Assembly: GCF_902459465.1 (NCBI RefSeq) | Contig: NC_047082.1 | Span: 9,672,001 to 9,736,000, forward strand | DNA: 64,000 nt | Direction of reading: 5' to 3' | From: Asterias rubens | Taxonomy: Eukaryota | Position numbers and translations under genes: made by a program | Notes under the pieces: generated by a model | What the model was told of the DNA's origin: nothing | The model's database searches: none | The model's input: only the letters and a program-made list of their open reading frames with translations | Shown: positions 57,683 through 64,000 of the stretch, in pieces | How positions within the stretch are numbered: position 1 is the first letter of the stretch | Layout of the letters: each line of letters begins with the position of its first letter

Positions 57683-57784
57683 ATGGAGCTTGGAATAGGA
57701 AGTGATGATGACTTATTTTCTGAAGAAAAAGATACAACCTTCAAAGAGAAAAGTGGATGGATTGCAAAACAATGTGAATCGGAG
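57683..57784 (+). CDS. C8orf76: C8orf76-like protein, exon 1
   Basis: MELGIGSDDDLFSEEKDTTFKEKSGWIAKQCESE then gtaaga. Resembles the C8orf76 N-terminus as I recall it (D-x-x-F-x-E ... AK-x-CE-x-x-WF); not in ORF track. Confidence 0.72.
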
Positions 57785-58679
57785 GTAAGAAAGAAGAGCA
57801 TGGGTCATTTTTGGGTGGTTTAATTTAAGTTCCAGCAGATCCTACTCCTACATCGATGTAACTCAGTCTTTAGATTGCACAGCACAATTTTAAGATTGAG
57901 TGCTTTAGTCTGCTAGTGCTAGGCTTTTGGGTGATGAGTGTTTGTGATGCCTCATCATTCAACTTTGCTGGTTTTGCGCAATTCATTTCAGTTTTTCGTC
58001 AGGCCAGGGCCCAGGGGGATGTATGATGGCTGGCTAGACAGTAAAATCATAATACAAATGGCAGATGCCAATTGATTTAAATGCACCACTGTTTATACAG
58101 CGAAAATAGTTCATCAAACTGCATGCTGCAGTGCAAGTGCAATCATGGAGGATGGTGAGTTATTATGAGGCCAAGTAAAATAAATAATATGTTGCTCGTC
58201 CGGACTTTTTGAAAAGTTGGAGAGGGATGTCCTTGTTATTTGTTATTTTCAAATTGTTTGTTATTTTTTTCAAGATGGCCACCATGTCTAAGGTTAGAAT
58301 AAGATGGCCGCCATATCGTATTTGAAGATGGTTTTACTTTTATGGTTTTACTGCATGTCCTCCAATTATGTGTCCATTTCAATACATATTTTTCTTCTTT
58401 CCAAGAGTCCTTGCTTTTGCTCCAAACAAAATTATTCTGTGTGTGTGTGGCATCTTGTCCTCCTGGTGCAAAGATCATGGGCAAAATGTTTCGAAGAAAA
58501 TTAGGATTTTCTCAAGATCTTTGCGTTTGGGAAATAGCAATGTTTTAGGCCTACATGAAAGAAAGATTATGAAATTGCACAATAAAAATAAAGGATACGT
58601 TTGAAGTAGCTCTAAATATTATTATTATTTTTTTTTTTTGATCATCAATCATCTGATCTATCCATGTTTTCCTTTTCAG

Positions 58680-58925
58680 TGGTTCATGGAAGACGTCGTT
58701 GACAAAAGCAGTAACTCTTCCGAAGAAACTCAGCTCATCTCCTACAAAGCTGATCGTTTGTACAGTAAGAAGCAATTCAATGGAGCACTCGCAGCCTATA
58801 AGAGGGCCATACGAATGGTTGCCTCTCGTTACGTCTTGCTCCGACGCATACTGATAGAGGGCGCTTCAAGGAGCAGTATGTATATACAAGATCATGAGCA
58901 GGCATTGCACTTTGCAGAAATGCTG
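58680..58925 (+). CDS. C8orf76: C8orf76-like protein, exon 2 (TPR-like helices)
   Basis: ttttcag|WFMEDVVD...YKADRLYSKKQFNGALAAY...RRILIEGASRS...HEQALHFAEML|gtaag. In phase with exon 1; further exons presumably lie beyond the retroelement. Confidence 0.75.
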
Positions 58926-59280
58926 GTAAGTTGAACAGGATTACAAGAAGGGGGTTCGCCTTGGTGTTGCTGGTTTGATGGGCTGCATATTGCGCCACAG
59001 AACCTTGTAAACCATTACATGATGCTATATATAAAAATTGGTCTCATACTTCAAAACACTTAGATCCATATACCTTGCACTAGTCTTGATTCCACGACTG
59101 TGGCTGCCTCAGGACTCACTTGTGCCCTGAGGAGTTTCGGTCAATAAATGTTCCCAAACTTATGAGAATAACACCCAACAAGGTGTACCCAAGAGACTAG
59201 TATTCGCAACTACTCTATCAAAAAGGTTCGAAACCAAACACAACAAACAGGACGCCGAGGCACTTGTCAATTTGTCCAGA

Positions 59281-59963
59281 TGTGTAGTAGAGTAGAAGAG
59301 ATAATAATCTGGAATTTAATTGATAACAAGGAAAACTAATAAGAAACTTGCATAAAGTACAACAATTACAACAAATAGAACTCTTTGTAAACAATGCTAA
59401 AACTGTGTTGCTTGAGGAAGATACAGAAAGAACTGGGTTGATTTGCTTTCCTCAACTTTCACTTTTAAGCTGTAAAATCTCTCTAAATACACTAAATTCC
59501 TTCTCTGGTGATGACTAATAAACAAGGAAAAGATAGCTTACCAAATTGGGGCCTTTGAAGTCCAATAAAGGTTGAATAACTTGAAGACAGAGATATTTTC
59601 TGTAGATGTATCTAATTTAACATGCTGCTTGTAATGAAATCACATGTGCAATAAAGATGGCTGCACTTTGTTTATGTGTTAAATCAATGAAACACTTGTA
59701 CCCACACACAGCCTAGTGCCCCCATACACACATACAATGCACAAGGTCACTAAGTAAGTGGGATAGAGGTTGACTATTGGAACATGTAGCCGGCTCTTTC
59801 ATTTGCATACTTTCACTGATTAACTAAAGTCTTGATTCTCTTTAAAGGAAACTTCTCTATTAGAATCTGTTTTCACTAGGAGGAAATATGAAAATACCTA
59901 CATGTATTACATGAAATAACTCTAAAAATAAACTTCACTGCACACTATGCTGCTGCAGTGACA
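59281..59963 (-). repeat. 3' LTR of the BEL/Pao element
   Basis: TG start after PPT is clear; distal CA end inferred from ATTAAA at 59315-59320; no second LTR in window to confirm. Confidence 0.6.
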
Positions 59964-60130
59964 TGGCTCTCCTAACTGCTCCTTGCAGTTAAACATCACT
60001 AATCAATCCAAAGAATTAACATAAATGTCCTTATAAAGTTCAAATGTTCATACTCTGGTGTGACATCTTCGTCTGGGTTAGGCTCCTTGTCGGGGACTTC
60101 TCTGGTCTCCTGGTTATCATGGTTTTAGGT

Positions 60131-63100
60131 TTACTGACCTTGATGTTCAGAGTCTTTAGTTGACAGAAGTAGAACCAACTTGTGGACTGGTCTTTCCAAG
60201 AGGGACGGAGAGTGCTGACGTTTACCCTGGTTATCAAGTGCTCCATCCGCCATGAGGATCTTCACCTTCCGAACACGTCCATCGATACTTGGAAGCGTCT
60301 CTTCAACACGAGCCAGGGGCCACTGGTTTCGAGTCTCATCCTTCTCCTTGGAGATAACAACGTCACCTACTTGCAGATTCTTCTCAGGTCGCACCCACTT
60401 CTGACGCAGCTGGAGGTGATGTAGAAACTCCTTTCTCCATCTTAGCCAGAACTCGTTGGCAAGATACTGGACTCGTCTCCACCATCTGCGGGAATACAAA
60501 TCTTCTTGCTGGAACTTACCAGGCGGAGGTAGAACAATCTTGGGCTTCATCGTCAAAAGGTGGTTAGGTGTGAGGGGTTCAGGACCATCTGGAGAACACA
60601 AACTCTCTGTAGTGAGGGGCCTCGAGTTGACTATACACTCTACTTCAGTCATGAAGGTTCTAAATGCTTCATCATCTAGCTGACTTCCAGATTTGGTGAG
60701 TAGGGTTTCAAGCACATTACGAACAGTACCTATCTGTCTCTCCCAAACACCGCCCATATGACTGGAGTGAGGAACATTCATCTTGAACTGGATCCACTCA
60801 CAGTTGTTCTCCAACAAGTACTCTTGAACTCGGTCCTGGTCCATATTCGCCAAAGCCTCTCTCAACTCATTCCGAGCACCTACAAACGTTGTACCTTGGT
60901 CTGAACGAAGTTGACGAATGGGGCCTCTACGACTCTGGAACCTACTTAGGGCATTGATGAAGGCACTAGCTGTCAAGGAGTTGACCGTCTCGAGATGTAC
61001 ACTGCGTGATGCCATACATGTAAAGAGAACTCCCCATCGCTTGACTTCACTCCTTTTCTCCTTGATATAGAAAGGTCCAAAGTAGTCAACTGCACAATAG
61101 GAAAAGGGGGGAGCAGGATTCAGCCTATCTTCGGGTAGCTCTGACATCTTCTGCGTCTGAAGAGAACCTCTCAACCTCCTGCACGTGACACACTTAGATA
61201 TTAGGTTGGACACTGCCGATGAACCACCAATCAACCAATAACCACTCTGCCTTATCTCATTGTGGGTGATTCCTCTTCCCATATGATTCACCTTCTCATG
61301 ATAGCGTCTTGCCAGCAACTCAGTCACATGACTCTTGCGTGGTAAAATGATTGGATGCTTGATGTCTCTTGGAATATTTGCTCGATCTATGCGGCCACCA
61401 ACACGAAGAACACCTTCCTCGTCGAGATAAGGGTCTAGCCGATAGAGAGAACTGGTTTTCTTGATGTCGTTATTTCTTTCTCTCGTTACGTCACGGTCAA
61501 CAATTTCACCTGTCACTTTAAGTTTCTGCAGTACTTGCAGCTCTTCTGCAAAGTGCTCTAGCTGCACAATTTTGACGATAGACTTCTCAGCACTCTGAAG
61601 CTCAATGACAGAGATAGGGGCCAATGGTTGTCTTTTAGCCTTGTGTAGCTTCACTCCTCTGTTGTACAACCTGGTTCTAAGACGTAGACATAGAGCAATA
61701 GCCTTGCATGCTCGGTGCCATCTGGAGAAGCGATCTAGTCGGCAAATCTCAAAGCCTTTCGGAAACTGTTTGGTGTCTTCTGTTTTGGTTGCTAGAACTG
61801 TCAAACTCCTTACATTCGGGTCAGAACTGTCTAATTTCAAAGTATCCGCCGGCTGCTCACACTGGAATGGGCCATCTTTCCACAGGAAGTCAGGACCTGA
61901 CAACCACTTACAGTTCTCTACCAGTTGCTTGGCTGTCAGACCACGAGATGCTTCATCTGCTGGGTTGTCAACTGTATTCACATACAGCCAAGACTCTGGG
62001 TTGGTAGATTCTCTTATCTGTTGAACTCTATTGGCGACGTAGATATGAAATCTCTTTGCTTCATTCTTTACATACCCGAGTACAATCTTGCTGTCGGTCC
62101 AAAAGTATTCCTTGATGTGCTGGTATGAAAGCTCAGCTCGCAGGAACTCACTTATTCTGGCAGAAATGGTCGCTGCAGTCAGCTCTAACCTGGGAATGGT
62201 CACTTGCTTCAGAGGGGTAACTCTTGCCTTACCGATGACAAAGGCTAAGTGCGTACGGTTCTGTTCGTTCACCTGTCTCAAGTATGAGCACTGTCCATAC
62301 CCATACTCACTTGCATCTGAGAAATGATGGAGCTCAATGGCCTTTACATGACCAAAGTTTCCTGGCTTGAAGCAACGGTTGATATGAAGCTTTTCCAAGA
62401 GGTGGATGTCCGAACGCCACTTCTCCCATACTGGGCGGAGGTCATTTGGCAGCGGGCTATCCCAGTCTAGTTGGTCTTTGCACATCTGTTGAAGTATCTG
62501 TTTTCCAATCAAGGTTACTGGGGCAACATAGCCATTGGGGTCATATATGGAGCTCACTGTAGAAAGGATTCCACGCCTAGTGAGGGGACGATCTTTCAAC
62601 TCTATACGGAAGCCAAAGGTGTCATTCTCGACACACCACGTCACACCAAGAACACGTTCTATGGGTAGAGGGTCGACCTTCAGATCAAGATCCTTCAAGC
62701 CCTTAGCTCTCTCATCCTCTGGCACTGACTCCAACACTTCTCTTCTGTTCGACATGATGCGATGTAACTTCAGACCTGCACTTGCACATACTGCCTGGCT
62801 GGACTTGATGAGGGCAACTGCCTCAAGAACACTTGGAACTGACTTGAGACCATCATCCACATAGAAGTCTCGACGGATAAAGTTTGCAGCTTCTGGTCCA
62901 AACTTCTCTTCTCCATCGTCGGCTGCTCTCTTCAAACCGAAGTTTGCACATCCAGGTGAACTACCTGCACCAAAAAGATGAACTTTCATCCTGTAATCAA
63001 TGACTTCTTTGTTTGGATCTCCATCTTCCCACCACAAGAAACGAAGAAGATCACGATACTTCTCTTCCACAAAGAACTGGTGGAACATACTCTTTATATC

Positions 63101-64000
63101 TACCATAAAGGCTACCTCTTCCTGCCGGAATCTACAAAGAACGCCAATCAGCCGGTTCATCAAGTCGGGTCCTTGAAGCAAATGGTCATTGAGGGAGACG
63201 CCTTCAAATCTCGCTGAACAGTCAAAGACAACACGGATCTTATCCGGTTTCTTAGGATGATAGACGCCAGTGTGAGGGATGTAATTAACTCTGCCATCAT
63301 GGACACCCAAGCGATCTTTTGGAACCCTTTCTGCACACTCGGTGACAACATCTTTCATGAAGGTTTGGTAGTCGGTGAAGAGCTTTGGGTTTTTTCTAAA
63401 TCTAGCCTGGAGTTGAAGCCACCGTTTCTCTGCTAATCTTCGGTTGTCTGGCATTGATAAGTTAGATGTTTTCAATGGGAGCGGCATCTCATAGTGGCCA
63501 TCTTGTCTTCTAGTTGTCCCATTCTCAAGGATGCTCATGAAAGATTGGTCGTCGACGGAGTATGGCTGTCTATATGGACTTTTCTCTTGGAAGTCAGACT
63601 CGAGGGCACGAAGAACTTTCTCCGAGTCAAAGATCTCTTTTACCTTGGTGCCATACGCAAAGTGATGGTAGGTCACAGCCGTCGTTGTCTTATTACAAAA
63701 AGCCTCATGATTCTTCACTGAAGACTTGCATACTCTGCCGATAACACCCCATCCTAGCAATGACCTTTGACCGTAGGGGTCATCTTCTCCTCCAGCAACT
63801 ATTTGTCTTGGACGAACGACGCTCGGGCAGTTGCTCCCTATGAGCAAGGAGATTTCTATAGAGGAGTCGTACGGCATTAGCTTTCCTGCAATCTGCTTAA
63901 GATGGCTCCACTGATTAATGACTTCTGTCTTGGGTATCTGGGAATGCTTGGCTGGTACACTGTCACGCTTGAAGCAGACTGGTAGCTTTACCACATGCTC
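60131..64000 (-). CDS. BEL/Pao polyprotein (protease-adjacent region, RT, RNase H, integrase, DUF5641-type tail); 5'-partial
   Basis: RT: YIPHTGV..KIRVVFDCSA, DIKSMF, HLFGAGSSPGCANF, FYVDD. RNase H: FSDAS, TIPRLEL, WTDS, NPADEASRG. Integrase: HEKVNH..CVTC, VDYFGP, SDQG, GGVWER. Tail WRRVQYLANEFWLRW. Frame open to window edge. Confidence 0.96.
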   Translation of the reverse strand, partial: EHVVKLPVCFKRDSVPAKHSQIPKTEVINQWSHLKQIAGKLMPYDSSIEISLLIGSNCPSVVRPRQIVAGGEDDPYGQRSLLGWGVIGRVCKSSVKNHEAFCNKTTTAVTYHHFAYGTKVKEIFDSEKVLRALESDFQEKSPYRQPYSVDDQSFMSILENGTTRRQDGHYEMPLPLKTSNLSMPDNRRLAEKRWLQLQARFRKNPKLFTDYQTFMKDVVTECAERVPKDRLGVHDGRVNYIPHTGVYHPKKPDKIRVVFDCSARFEGVSLNDHLLQGPDLMNRLIGVLCRFRQEEVAFMVDIKSMFHQFFVEEKYRDLLRFLWWEDGDPNKEVIDYRMKVHLFGAGSSPGCANFGLKRAADDGEEKFGPEAANFIRRDFYVDDGLKSVPSVLEAVALIKSSQAVCASAGLKLHRIMSNRREVLESVPEDERAKGLKDLDLKVDPLPIERVLGVTWCVENDTFGFRIELKDRPLTRRGILSTVSSIYDPNGYVAPVTLIGKQILQQMCKDQLDWDSPLPNDLRPVWEKWRSDIHLLEKLHINRCFKPGNFGHVKAIELHHFSDASEYGYGQCSYLRQVNEQNRTHLAFVIGKARVTPLKQVTIPRLELTAATISARISEFLRAELSYQHIKEYFWTDSKIVLGYVKNEAKRFHIYVANRVQQIRESTNPESWLYVNTVDNPADEASRGLTAKQLVENCKWLSGPDFLWKDGPFQCEQPADTLKLDSSDPNVRSLTVLATKTEDTKQFPKGFEICRLDRFSRWHRACKAIALCLRLRTRLYNRGVKLHKAKRQPLAPISVIELQSAEKSIVKIVQLEHFAEELQVLQKLKVTGEIVDRDVTRERNNDIKKTSSLYRLDPYLDEEGVLRVGGRIDRANIPRDIKHPIILPRKSHVTELLARRYHEKVNHMGRGITHNEIRQSGYWLIGGSSAVSNLISKCVTCRRLRGSLQTQKMSELPEDRLNPAPPFSYCAVDYFGPFYIKEKRSEVKRWGVLFTCMASRSVHLETVNSLTASAFINALSRFQSRRGPIRQLRSDQGTTFVGARNELREALANMDQDRVQEYLLENNCEWIQFKMNVPHSSHMGGVWERQIGTVRNVLETLLTKSGSQLDDEAFRTFMTEVECIVNSRPLTTESLCSPDGPEPLTPNHLLTMKPKIVLPPPGKFQQEDLYSRRWWRRVQYLANEFWLRWRKEFLHHLQLRQKWVRPEKNLQVGDVVISKEKDETRNQWPLARVEETLPSIDGRVRKVKILMADGALDNQGKRQHSPSLLERPVHKLVLLLSTKDSEHQGQ

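Larger units (their letters stand above)
59281..64000 (-). mobile_element. BEL/Pao LTR retrotransposon (3' part: pol + 3' LTR), antisense to C8orf76-like
   Basis: Open pol frame, then purine-rich PPT AGGAGCAGTTAGGAGAGCCA directly followed by TGTCAC (LTR start at 59963); ATTAAA then ...CTACACA end near 59281. 5' half lies outside the window. Confidence 0.93.

Noticed and set aside
60182-63744. Short plus-strand and alternate-frame ORFs over the retroelement
   Set aside because: Antisense shadows of the pol frame with no recognisable motifs.

Overview
Eukaryotic (metazoan) genomic DNA. Gene content and repeat style suggest an invertebrate deuterostome such as an echinoderm; this is inference only. 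(1) A long-arm laminin alpha chain gene of the alpha3B/alpha5 (LanA-like) class lies on the minus strand. I traced 63 GT-AG exons by hand from the ATG at 57026 down to 40. They splice in consistent phase to 9177 nt = 3059 codons: signal peptide, LN, LE array, L4a/LF, LE, L4b (with RGD), LE, coiled coil, LG1, LG2. The gene continues off the left edge. (2) Head-to-head with it (ATGs 656 bp apart) is a C8orf76-like gene on the plus strand, with two exons visible. (3) An intact-looking BEL/Pao LTR retrotransposon (open pol frame 60131-64000, 3' LTR about 59281-59963) lies antisense after exon 2 of that gene. (4) Introns are packed with TTAA/AGG (T2/Kolobok-type) MITEs, CWG/TWA PIF-Harbinger-type MITEs, hAT-type MITEs, tRNA-derived SINEs and L2/CR1 3' fragments. 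Most unusual observations: a 4-Cys EGF-like knob interrupting the alpha-chain coiled coil (exon 54), and repeated tandem duplications of the laminin exon-intron junctions themselves (10 extra splice donors after exon 11, 3 extra acceptors before exon 60, a duplicated donor after exon 6), which differ from the functional exon mostly at codon third positions. All coordinates were read by eye and may be off by a few bases, especially for repeats.
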